Shown here piece after piece: positions 9,718 through 18,085 of a stretch of 32,000 nucleotides of DNA. The notes beneath the pieces are model-generated. The model was given only the letters and a program-made list of their open reading frames with translations, searched no databases and was not told the origin of the DNA. The DNA comes from Acaryochloris marina S15. Its GTDB lineage: Bacteria; Cyanobacteriota; Cyanobacteriia; Thermosynechococcales; Thermosynechococcaceae. How positions within the stretch are numbered: position 1 is the stretch's first letter; each line of letters begins with the position of its first letter. Made by a program: the position numbers and the translations under genes. The stretch covers positions 810,001-842,000 of the forward strand of contig NZ_CP064923.1 in NCBI RefSeq assembly GCF_018336915.1, written 5' to 3'.

Positions 9718-11946
9718 ATGGATTTATTTGAACAGCATCGTCAACAGCTTTTAGAAACGGAAGCGCCTCTAGCCGCGCGTTTACGTCCCCGTACCTTAGA
9801 TGAGTTTGTAGGCCAAGATGAGATTGTCGGCCCAGGACGTCTATTGCGGCGGGCCATTCAGGCCGATCAACTCTCCTCACTGATTTTCTATGGTCCCCCT
9901 GGCACGGGCAAAACCACCCTAGCTCAAATTATTGCTAACACCACCCAAGCCCATTTTTTGGCTCTGAATGCGGTCTTAGCGGGCATCAAAGATATTCGTT
10001 CATCTGTGGATGAGGCCCAGGACCGACGGGGCCAATATGGTCAACGCACGATCCTATTTGTGGATGAGGTGCATCGGTTTAATAAAGCCCAACAGGATGC
10101 ATTGCTGCCCTGGGTGGAGAATGGCACGGTGATTTTAATCGGAGCAACCACCGAAAACCCCTATTTTGAGGTCAACAAAGCCCTAGTTAGTCGGTCACGG
10201 ATTTTTCAGTTGCGATCGCTGATGCCAGACGACCTGCGCCAGGTGGTAGAGCGGGCCTTGCAAGATAAATACTTCGGCTATGGCGATACGGCTATTGAGC
10301 TTGAGGGTGCCGCGACCGATCACCTGATTAATGTGGCGAATGGCGATGCGAGAGCGTTGCTGAATGCGTTAGAACTGGCCATTGAAACCACAGAGCCAGA
10401 CGGCAATGGCGTTATTCCCATCACCTTGGCTGTCGCAGAAGCCTCTATCCAGCGGCGGGCTGTTCTCTATGACAAGGAGGGCGATGCCCATTTTGATACG
10501 ATCAGCGCTTTTATAAAAAGCTTGCGGGGGTCTGACCCGGATGCGGCACTCTATTGGTTAGCCCGCATGGTTTATGCCGGAGAAGATCCCCGCTTTATCT
10601 TTCGACGGATGATCATTTTAGCCAGTGAGGATGTCGGTCTGGCGGACCCACAGGCTGTCGCTGTGGTTATGGCCTGTGCTCAATCCTTTGATCGAATTGG
10701 GTTGCCAGAGGGGCAATATCCTTTGGCCCAAGCAGCCCTTTATTTATCGACCGCTCCCAAGTCCAATAGTGCTTTGGCCTATTTTGATGCCCTGGCCTCG
10801 GTAGAGAAAGAACGGGAAGGGGACGTTCCCAATGCCCTCAGGGATAAGAGTCGTGACCAACATTCCTTTGGTCATGGTGCTAACTATAAATATCCCCATG
10901 CCTATCGTGATCATTGGGTTGCCCAACAGTATCTACCGGACAGTCTCCAAGGACAGGTCTTTTACCAACCCTCTGATCAAGGGGCTGAAGCTGCCATTCA
11001 AACGCAGATTGCCCGTCAGCGAGAAGCCCAACTCTCGGGAATTTCAGAGACGAGTCCCCAAGAGACGGTTAGCTATGGTCCGAAAGACTCGAAGCGGGAA
11101 CGGTGGTTACAGCGCACCATGAGTCAGACTGGCGATCATGCGGCTTGGGTGCGCGATCGCATTTTCAGTTTCACTCAAATTCAGCGCCATCATGTGGTTC
11201 TGGAGGTCTGCAGCCAAACGGGGTTACTCACCTGGGAAGCGTTACGGCAGACCCCGGAAGGCAGTGTCTATACCCATGTTCCCTCAGATAAAGTCGCTCA
11301 GACTCTGGAAGCTCAGGTGAAAGCCCTGTCAGCCTTGCAACGACCTATCTTTTTAGCAGGACAGAGTTCTGACCTCAAAACTCTGATTCATGACCATACT
11401 CCTGAGCTTCAGTTTGATTGGATTTTAGGTCGGAATACCTTTGCTAATCTGATGCATCAAATGGATCGGTCTGCCGCTGAAAACCATACCCAGCAGCTCA
11501 TCAGTCTTTTAAGGCCGAAGGGGCAGATCATTCTAGCGGAAACGATTCCCAAATATGGGCAACGAATTTGTGACCTGGTAAAGGCAGAAGATGTAGGAAA
11601 TGCTTTATTTCAGCGTTGGCAAACAGCTGAAACAGCCTTATATCAAGATGATACGGGTGATACTCAACTCACTTGGGATGAATCTGATCTAAAAGCTGTA
11701 TTTACCAATATGCCTATCACAATAGACTTAGAGCAGACCCACATGAGCCTATATGTCACCCCTAAACTGATCGAACGATGGTTTGCCGTGGGTGGTGATC
11801 GCCCTTCCTATGGCAAGCGGCTAGGGCAACATTGTTCAGCGAAAGATGTGAAACAGATCCAGGCACTGTTGTCTCAAAAACTATTGCATAAAACAATTCA
11901 ATGGCAGGCCACTCTCGCGTTTGTTCTTGTTCAATGCCTTAAATAA
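9718..11946 (+). CDS. rarA: Replication-associated recombination protein A (RarA/MgsA AAA+ ATPase) fused to a ~300 aa C-terminal methyltransferase-like domain
   Basis: Walker [10 protein letters not shown], Walker [10 protein letters not shown], and the RarA C-terminal helical region through ...[15 protein letters not shown] (aa ~440). The extra aa ~445-742 carry [20 protein letters not shown] and [11 protein letters not shown], which resemble class I methyltransferase motifs I, II and post-III but with the glycines of motif I replaced. Confidence 0.85.
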   Translation: MDLFEQHRQQLLETEAPLAARLRPRTLDEFVGQDEIVGPGRLLRRAIQADQLSSLIFYGPPGTGKTTLAQIIANTTQAHFLALNAVLAGIKDIRSSVDEAQDRRGQYGQRTILFVDEVHRFNKAQQDALLPWVENGTVILIGATTENPYFEVNKALVSRSRIFQLRSLMPDDLRQVVERALQDKYFGYGDTAIELEGAATDHLINVANGDARALLNALELAIETTEPDGNGVIPITLAVAEASIQRRAVLYDKEGDAHFDTISAFIKSLRGSDPDAALYWLARMVYAGEDPRFIFRRMIILASEDVGLADPQAVAVVMACAQSFDRIGLPEGQYPLAQAALYLSTAPKSNSALAYFDALASVEKEREGDVPNALRDKSRDQHSFGHGANYKYPHAYRDHWVAQQYLPDSLQGQVFYQPSDQGAEAAIQTQIARQREAQLSGISETSPQETVSYGPKDSKRERWLQRTMSQTGDHAAWVRDRIFSFTQIQRHHVVLEVCSQTGLLTWEALRQTPEGSVYTHVPSDKVAQTLEAQVKALSALQRPIFLAGQSSDLKTLIHDHTPELQFDWILGRNTFANLMHQMDRSAAENHTQQLISLLRPKGQIILAETIPKYGQRICDLVKAEDVGNALFQRWQTAETALYQDDTGDTQLTWDESDLKAVFTNMPITIDLEQTHMSLYVTPKLIERWFAVGGDRPSYGKRLGQHCSAKDVKQIQALLSQKLLHKTIQWQATLAFVLVQCLK

Positions 11947-11976
11947 GCACAGCAAATAGTACTGGTCTTGGCGCCC

Positions 11977-12807
11977 TTACAACTGGCTACACTTTTTGAC
12001 TGCTTCGGTAATGTTGTAGTCATCTGGATTGGCTGCTAATAATTCTTCCAGATGCACCAGGTATTGGGGTTGTGGAAATTCTGCAGCAGCTTCAATCATG
12101 AGACTAGCGACAGTTGGCTGTGCTAATTCCTTAAGCACTAGAGGGATAACGCGGTTATCCTGGCGTTTAGCAAGTCCTACAGCAGCCTCTCCTCGGATTT
12201 CATAATCAGGATCAGATAAACCTTGAAACAGTACTTCTCGAACCTGGGGAGAATCTGCATCACTTAAGTTGCCTAAACCAAACAATGCCCAATTGCGGAC
12301 ATCATAGTCATCGTCCTGCGCTAATCGACACATCATTGCGACTGCAAGATCAGAGCGATCGCACTGGGAGCCACCCAAAGCATAAGCCACTGAGAAACGG
12401 ACATCTGCAGAATCGTGATTGGCGAATGCCACCAGTTCGCTACTGTCCCACAAGAAATCATAGGATGCATGGTGACCCAAAGCATTAATAGCACTGCAAA
12501 GAACTTCCGTTTCAGAATCGTGGAGCAGTGACAACAGAATTGGCAGTGCAGCGTTGCCAAAGGGATAGGGTGAGTGGCGATCTGCACATCCAAGTTGTGA
12601 TAGGACGGCCGCCCCCAATGCTCTCATACAGGATTCAGAGCTTTGACACCATTCCACGGCAGTATCAAATATCTGCGGGTCTGAGCGGAGATGAAGAGCA
12701 TGAAGAATATCCCAATATAGATCATTGTCATCATCGGCAGAACGAGCACATTGTTCTGCTTGAGAAAGTAGTTGGTCTGTAGGTAAGGCTTTGAGCGAAT
12801 CGTTCAT
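11977..12807 (-). CDS. HEAT-repeat protein (PBS-lyase HEAT-like repeats; YibA/NblB/CpcE-like fold)
   Basis: The [DE]xR...A/G..LG signature recurs: DVRFSVAYALGG, DVRNWALFGLGNL, EIRGEAAVGLAKR, MRALGAAVLSQLG. 276 aa, ATG start. It is the last gene of the four-gene minus-strand cluster. Confidence 0.75.
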   Translation of the reverse strand: MNDSLKALPTDQLLSQAEQCARSADDDNDLYWDILHALHLRSDPQIFDTAVEWCQSSESCMRALGAAVLSQLGCADRHSPYPFGNAALPILLSLLHDSETEVLCSAINALGHHASYDFLWDSSELVAFANHDSADVRFSVAYALGGSQCDRSDLAVAMMCRLAQDDDYDVRNWALFGLGNLSDADSPQVREVLFQGLSDPDYEIRGEAAVGLAKRQDNRVIPLVLKELAQPTVASLMIEAAAEFPQPQYLVHLEELLAANPDDYNITEAVKKCSQL

Positions 12808-12837
12808 TAGATAAAGATTTTTCGATTGCGATAATAC

Positions 12838-13272
12838 CTACAGATAGGGCTTGATTTCCCATATCCTGATCTCGGAGGCTGCTCCATCCACAAGAATGCG
12901 TGTTTGTTGCCCAGCAATCCCAAACTCAAACTGGAGACCATCATCATATCCATGATTATTCGTGAGCTGCCAAACAGAGAAAAGCTGCATCCCCAGAATT
13001 GCTTTCCAAGGTTTTTGCTGCGATAAATCTACTCTGAGATGAGGTGCAAACTGGAAAACGTCTGAAATATAAACTTCATCAGTCTCACCATCACAGACTA
13101 TACCTACCTGGTAGTCCCCAAAAAATAATATTAGGGCTTCCAAGTTTTCTCCCCCCAGCAAATCATTAGAGGTATAAGAACTGTTGGCTGTGCAGCGTTC
13201 GACTCTTTGCAAGACAAGTGGGACATCACCATCTAGCAAATTCACCAAGTTCTCATAACTGGAACAGAACAT
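12838..13272 (-). CDS. Hypothetical protein (~144 aa), no recognisable motif
   Basis: Intact ORF 30 nt upstream of the HEAT gene on the same strand. The ORF track starts at a TTG at 13299. I place the start at the first ATG (13270-13272), which is preceded by GGAAGAAG. Confidence 0.5.
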   Translation of the reverse strand: MFCSSYENLVNLLDGDVPLVLQRVERCTANSSYTSNDLLGGENLEALILFFGDYQVGIVCDGETDEVYISDVFQFAPHLRVDLSQQKPWKAILGMQLFSVWQLTNNHGYDDGLQFEFGIAGQQTRILVDGAASEIRIWEIKPYL

Positions 13273-13388
13273 GTGAGTCTTCTTCCAAAAGGCAGACAAT
13301 ACAATCTCAGTATCACTTCCATAAGTTTGTGATGACAGATTAATGGGATGAAATGATGAGGAATATTGATATCCCGCAGGTGATATTC

Positions 13389-14039
13389 TCAGGCATCAGG
13401 AAGATGGGGGTTTTCCGATATGAGTAAAGTCAGCAATGTATTAGACAAGTGATATTCTTCTGAATTTACGCTGCTGGAATTCATCCTTGTGTTTACGGCA
13501 GCAGCCAGCGCAGTGACATTAAAGACATCATATTGCTCAAGTCCAACTTCTACTAACTCAATGAGGGTACGCAACACATCAAGTCGAACCTCGACATACT
13601 CATCTTGCAAAGCATCTAGCAATTGAGGATCAAATGTCTGTAAATTAATGTGGATATAGCGAAAAGCACGAGCCGAATTAGCACGAATAGTGGGCGAACT
13701 ATCCTGTAGCAATTCCAGTAGCTTCGGTTCAATGAGTTCAGGAGCATGATTGTATCGCAGCCCCCAGGCAACCAGATCTGCCTGATCGCTTTGAGTCTCC
13801 CTCAACATCACCAATAGCTGGTTTACACCTGCTGGTATGACATGACCAATTAGTTGGGCACAGCTCTCGCGCACCTGGTTCTCTTCTTCAGCATCACGCA
13901 GGGTTGTGAGTAAGGGTTCAAGCGCTTCTTCGCCCATCTCCCAGAGTAGATCATAGGCATTGTCGTGACGGGTTTGCGATCGCAAATCCGCAATCAATTC
14001 TTGTACTGATTTCACCACCAGAATATGGATGTCTTCCAA
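13389..14039 (-). CDS. HEAT-like alpha-helical repeat protein
   Basis: Repeats QVRESCAQLIGHV, TIRANSARAFRYI and EVRLDVLRTLIEL, with Leu-rich helices throughout. The only in-frame start near the 5' end is a TTG at 14037-14039, 4 nt after the upstream gene's stop (14044-14046), which suggests translational coupling. Confidence 0.6.
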   Translation of the reverse strand: MEDIHILVVKSVQELIADLRSQTRHDNAYDLLWEMGEEALEPLLTTLRDAEEENQVRESCAQLIGHVIPAGVNQLLVMLRETQSDQADLVAWGLRYNHAPELIEPKLLELLQDSSPTIRANSARAFRYIHINLQTFDPQLLDALQDEYVEVRLDVLRTLIELVEVGLEQYDVFNVTALAAAVNTRMNSSSVNSEEYHLSNTLLTLLISENPHLPDA

Positions 14040-14043
14040 ATGT

Positions 14044-14880
14044 TTACGAGAGATTAGGAGTAAACCAACCTGGCTTTAGCCCCTGATCTAGCAAAGCTTC
14101 GCTATTAGGCTGAGGGGTAAAAGGGATGTGACCAGACTGATACAGTTGGGTCGCTAGATTTTGGGCGTAACGATGGGCAAAGGCCTCTTTATCTTTCGAG
14201 GGTTTAGAATCAAACTCCTGATCAAGGCGGGCCTCTTCAGCATCGCTTGTTGTATTAAAACTGGGTAGAACAACACTTTGAATCCAATCAACATAATGTC
14301 CTATTTCATGGAATAGGGTCCGAAAGAGGATGGTATGGCGAACGGACTCATGAGTTCGATGGATGGTGTAATCACGCCGTCTTTTTTCGATTCGATGACC
14401 ATCAGCTTCTAGTCGGGCAAGTTCATCGAGAGAGTCTGGTCCCAGAGAGAGCGACCACCGCAAGGTTTTAGTGAGATCATGAGCTTCGATACAGATGGCA
14501 GGTCCTGAATGTGGCCCAGGCGTTGCATAGTAAAGAAAACGACCCCAGACAGGATTGATTTGATCTTGTTTGCGCGTGGGTTGACGAAAGATGATTAGCT
14601 CCAAGCCATCTAGATCTGCTTGGGGAACATATTCTAAAACAGACATGACATCTGTGACCGTACAGGGATAAAAGCACTCAGGGCGCGGAGGCTCTATGAG
14701 AAATGTCAGCTCACATTCTCCAATGGTTTTTTGGATAGCTATAGGTTGGTGCAGCACTTCCCAAAACACCCGATCATCCGACCATGATTTTGGAATAACC
14801 AGATGATTATTTTGTCCCTGTCCTTGTGTTGAAGTCCCAATATTGCGATTGCGACGGGTAGGATTCCAGCCTTTGCGCAT
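14044..14880 (-). CDS. Uncharacterised protein with an HExxH (HEIGH) zincin-type metallopeptidase motif
   Basis: 278 aa with an ATG start. HEIGH lies at aa 191-195 (codons 14296-14310, read directly as TTC CAT GAA ATA GGA CAT TAT on the minus strand). Acidic candidates for a third metal ligand lie downstream (DAEEARLDQE, KEAFAHRY). The N-terminus is basic and looks disordered. The family is not recognised. Confidence 0.55.
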   Translation of the reverse strand: MRKGWNPTRRNRNIGTSTQGQGQNNHLVIPKSWSDDRVFWEVLHQPIAIQKTIGECELTFLIEPPRPECFYPCTVTDVMSVLEYVPQADLDGLELIIFRQPTRKQDQINPVWGRFLYYATPGPHSGPAICIEAHDLTKTLRWSLSLGPDSLDELARLEADGHRIEKRRRDYTIHRTHESVRHTILFRTLFHEIGHYVDWIQSVVLPSFNTTSDAEEARLDQEFDSKPSKDKEAFAHRYAQNLATQLYQSGHIPFTPQPNSEALLDQGLKPGWFTPNLS

Positions 14881-15307
14881 ATCAAGTTCCTAGATGTTCG
14901 TCAATGTTAGCTCACCTGCCAAAGTTGCTAGGTGGTTGCTTTCCCATAAAGAACTCTAAGAGCGGCCATGATTTTAGGTAAGGATAGTGCTGTTGAGAAT
15001 CTTAAGGACAACAAAATTGGAGCTAAGGCTTTGTCCGATGGATAGAGGGGCTTGTAAGCTATATCTCTGAGAGGTTTGTGTGGTTAGTCGTTTGCGATCG
15101 CATATACGATTCAGGACTATGGATATGTCTCCCCAGCAAAAATTAAATATCTGGGGGGCTGAACAAAGATAACTTGAAAAGTTTTTTGCACCTCGATGTT
15201 AGATCCCGATTTTTTCTGGGCAACATGAGTCTAATCAAGCTACTGCTAGAATTTTTAATATCTGGTTTTAGCTTGACTTAAATCAGAAATAATCATCAAA
15301 AAAGTCC

Positions 15308-15345
15308 TACCCCCTATCTCTGTATGAGTTAGGGGGTATTTGTTT
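15308..15345. terminator. Orphan bidirectional rho-independent terminator-like hairpin
   Basis: 9 bp perfect GC-rich stem TACCCCCTA (15308-15316) / TAGGGGGTA (15330-15338). TTTGTTT follows on the plus strand and an A-run precedes it (TTTTTT on the minus strand). There is no ORF within 200 bp on either side. Confidence 0.45.
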
Positions 15346-15509
15346 AGCCAACATCTCCTACTCAATGCATTGCCCAGTTGGGTTGAAGATTTGTGGTGAA
15401 TGTTTCATGGTCGGCAGGCGGACCTAAATTCATGTAAGGCATAGACCAATGGTATTTTCGCAGCCCCTTCAGCTTGAGTTTGCGGGAATGGATCAATCCT
15501 AACCACACC

Positions 15510-15538
15510 AAAAAAGCCCCCGGTAATCCGGGGGCTTT
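15510..15538 (-). terminator. psbD rho-independent terminator
   Basis: Stem GCCCCCGG (15516-15523) / CCGGGGGC (15528-15535) with loop TAAT. On the minus strand the hairpin is followed by TTTTTT (15510-15515). It lies ~30 nt after the psbD stop. Confidence 0.8.
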
Positions 15539-15568
15539 CAATCAAACTTTATCGTTTGAAGTTAGAGT

Positions 15569-16624
15569 CTACAGAGCGTTTCCGCGAGGTAGAACTTCTT
15601 CAGGGAAGATGAAGTTTTCATGGATTTGGTCTTGGGGTGCCATCCAAGCACGAAGACCTTCGTTCAAGAGAATGTTCTTGGTGTAAAAGGTTTCGAACTC
15701 AGGGTCTTCAGCAGCCCGGATTTCCTGGCTAACGAAGTCATAAGCACGCATGTTGAGAGCGATACCGACGAGGCCAATGGCAGATGCCCATAGACCAGTT
15801 ACAGGTACGAACAACATGAAAAAGTGCAACCAACGCTTGTTGGAAAAGGCAATCCCGAAAATCTGAGACCAGAATCGATTTGCAGTGACCATGGAGTAGG
15901 TCTCTTCTGCTTGGGTTGGAGAGAACGCAGCAAATGTATTGGCGTCTTGACCGTCTTCAAACAAAGTGTTTTCAACAGTGGCTCCGTGAATGGCGCACAA
16001 CAGCGCACCACCCAAAATACCTGCAACACCCATCATATGGAAAGGGTTCAGGGTTAAGTTGTGGAAACCTTGAGCAAATAACAAGAATCGGAAGATGCTC
16101 GTTACACCCCAGCTAGGTGCAAAGAACCAGCTGGATTGGCCCAAAGGATACATCAAAAAGACAGATACATACACGGCAATAGGACCGCTGAAAGCAACTG
16201 CGTTATAAGGACGCACGCCGATCAGACGGGCTACTTCGAATTGACGCAGCATGAAGCCGATCAAACCGAAGACACCATGTAATGTGGTGAAGTTCCACAA
16301 TCCACCCAGCTGACACCAGCGGGTGAAGTCACCTTGAGCTTCGGGGCCCCACAACAAAAGTAGGGAGTGGCCGAGGCTGTCGGCGGGTGTGGATACAGCT
16401 ACGGTCAAGAAGTTAGCACCTTCTAGGTAGGAGCTAGCAAGACCGTGGGTGAACCAGGAAGTTACGAAAGTTGTGCCGGTAAACCATCCCCCGACGGATA
16501 GAAATGCACAGGGGAAAAGTAGAATACCTGACCAACCAATAAAGACGAACCGATCACGCTTCAGCCAGTCGTCGAGGACGTCAAACCATCCTCGCTCCTG
16601 GGCGCGTCCGACTGCTATGGTCAT
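15569..16624 (-). CDS. psbD: Photosystem II D2 protein, stand-alone copy
   Basis: The 351 aa protein is near-identical end to end to the D2 sequence I remember (MTIAVGR...[16 protein letters not shown]...FHMMGVAG...[13 protein letters not shown]...[10 protein letters not shown]). No psbC overlaps or follows it. A strong terminator follows instead. Confidence 0.97.
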   Translation of the reverse strand: MTIAVGRAQERGWFDVLDDWLKRDRFVFIGWSGILLFPCAFLSVGGWFTGTTFVTSWFTHGLASSYLEGANFLTVAVSTPADSLGHSLLLLWGPEAQGDFTRWCQLGGLWNFTTLHGVFGLIGFMLRQFEVARLIGVRPYNAVAFSGPIAVYVSVFLMYPLGQSSWFFAPSWGVTSIFRFLLFAQGFHNLTLNPFHMMGVAGILGGALLCAIHGATVENTLFEDGQDANTFAAFSPTQAEETYSMVTANRFWSQIFGIAFSNKRWLHFFMLFVPVTGLWASAIGLVGIALNMRAYDFVSQEIRAAEDPEFETFYTKNILLNEGLRAWMAPQDQIHENFIFPEEVLPRGNAL

Positions 16625-16887
16625 GGATAGATCTCCAGTTTATTTATAAATCGCAAAATGATTGCAGGAATAATAACAGATGGTCCTGAATCGATGTAGA
16701 TATGATTAACCATAAAGTAAAGTCAACAAAAATTCACGATACTTTATGATTTATTTCACATATTCTAATTATATGTAGAAGTCTAACGTGCTGCAGCTAC
16801 AGCTGGAAAGTCTAGCAAAATATAAGGGTTTGACTGTTAGGCTACGAAAACGGGCAATGATAGTCAGTGCCTGAATTCTGAGAAAGC

Positions 16888-17934
16888 TTAAGATTTGTCG
16901 GTTTCAGTCGTCAAGAAACTTTGCGGACGGTCTAAAAGAGCCGTTACTGCGTTGACAACGGTCTGAGCATTGCCTTCGAGAAATGCAGTATCTAGCGAAT
17001 CAGGCGTATCAGTCCGCCGATGATAGTGGGGATTGCGCAGATGGGCGGTATCGTTGACCATCACCGCCCCAATCCCTTCAAACCAAAATGGGGTGTGGTC
17101 ACTACGCAGAATTACAGGGGTTAATAGACCTTTAAAGGGGATGGGGACTGGGACTAATGCAGGTAGGTTCGGCTGATGGTTCTCGCTAAAGGCATCCAGT
17201 AACGGTAAATGTTCGGTATCTCCTGCGATCGCAAGAAAGTCTCCCTTATCACTGGGCAGTTCCACCTTAAATTCTCCAGGCACCTGCTGGCAGCCGGCAG
17301 TGGCACAGGTGTAACCCAGCATTTCCAAAATAACGACGCCGTCTAAGTTCTTGAGGTTTTCGGGGCGTTGGGCATAGGCATAGCTGCCCACCAGTCCGGC
17401 TTCTTCTTGATCAAATAGAACAATGCGGAGGGGACGTATCGTTTTGCGATCGCCCAGCAGTCTCGCCACTTCCAAAGCCACTACCACCCCAGTGGCATTA
17501 TCATCCGCCCCTGGAGAACCGCGAACCGAATCATAATGGGCTCCCACTAGCAATGCGCCAGCATTGGGGTCTGTTCCTGGACGTTCCGCAACAACGTTTA
17601 TTCCTGTTTCAAAAGGCTGTTCCCCGACTGTCCATCCTGAGGCAGTGAGGGTTTGAGTCATCAACTCTCTCGCTTTTTTCAATTCGGCCCCAGTGTAGCG
17701 CTCAAAATTAAGGGCTTTGAGATCGGCCATTAACCGCTCGCCACTCACGATGGGGGTTGGTTCAGAGCTTACAGGCAGCGGAGACTCAACTGGAGGCGAA
17801 GCAATGGGAGAAGATGCTGGCGATGGAGAGACAGATGAGGGTTGGGCGACGGGCCGGGGAGACTGGCAAGCCGCAAAGAGCACGAACAGACATGCGATCG
17901 CACCTAGAATCCAAGCTTTCCGACTTTTGAACAT
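16888..17934 (-). CDS. M28 family aminopeptidase, probable lipoprotein
   Basis: M28 metal-binding contexts are GAHYDSV, GADDNATG and FDQEEAGLVGS. The ATG at 17934 gives MFKSRKAWILGAIACLFVLFAAC, a signal peptide with a lipobox-like Cys. The ORF-track start at 17997 adds 21 unlikely residues. Confidence 0.85.
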   Translation of the reverse strand: MFKSRKAWILGAIACLFVLFAACQSPRPVAQPSSVSPSPASSPIASPPVESPLPVSSEPTPIVSGERLMADLKALNFERYTGAELKKARELMTQTLTASGWTVGEQPFETGINVVAERPGTDPNAGALLVGAHYDSVRGSPGADDNATGVVVALEVARLLGDRKTIRPLRIVLFDQEEAGLVGSYAYAQRPENLKNLDGVVILEMLGYTCATAGCQQVPGEFKVELPSDKGDFLAIAGDTEHLPLLDAFSENHQPNLPALVPVPIPFKGLLTPVILRSDHTPFWFEGIGAVMVNDTAHLRNPHYHRRTDTPDSLDTAFLEGNAQTVVNAVTALLDRPQSFLTTETDKS

Positions 17935-18085
17935 CTTTCCACGACTAAACCCTAGCCATTGTCGCACACAGTCCATTCTACCTATCGAAACCTTCAATCG
18001 TCAGAGGGATGTGTTTTCAACAATGGCTAGGGTAGTCGTCTTTATACCTGTTCCCTACTCAACTTGAACTGAAGGATTGAAACCT

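Noticed and set aside
1057-12782. Many ORF-track entries lie antisense to, or nested out of frame inside, strong genes. Examples are 1057-1254, 2090-2365, 2152-2451, 2467-2652, 2689-2985, 3627-3869, 4147-4338, 5706-6062, 5740-5976, 6066-6269, 6082-6279, 6575-6760, 7286-7540, 7670-7912, 8209-8397, 8239-8556, 8731-9120, 9140-9346, 9336-9626, 9620-9880, 10744-10926, 10832-11122, 11103-11291, 11138-11320, 12285-12488, 12333-12593 and 12528-12782.
   Set aside because: Each is fully overlapped by a longer ORF with clear family motifs. Their translations are low-complexity (Arg/Ser/Pro/Cys-rich), as is typical of shadow frames.
11977-15568. I considered whether the uncharacterised operon is a recently acquired genomic island or mobile element.
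   Set aside because: It has no integrase, transposase, tRNA or flanking direct repeats, and HIP1 sites occur inside it (12355, 13976). It looks accessory in content but not recently mobile.
16745-16760. CRP-like site TATGA-N6-TCACA, 121-136 nt upstream of psbD.
   Set aside because: It matches 9 of 10 positions. One-mismatch matches are expected roughly once per 32 kb by chance (30 variants x ~0.03), and more often in AT-rich DNA, so this is not significant on its own.
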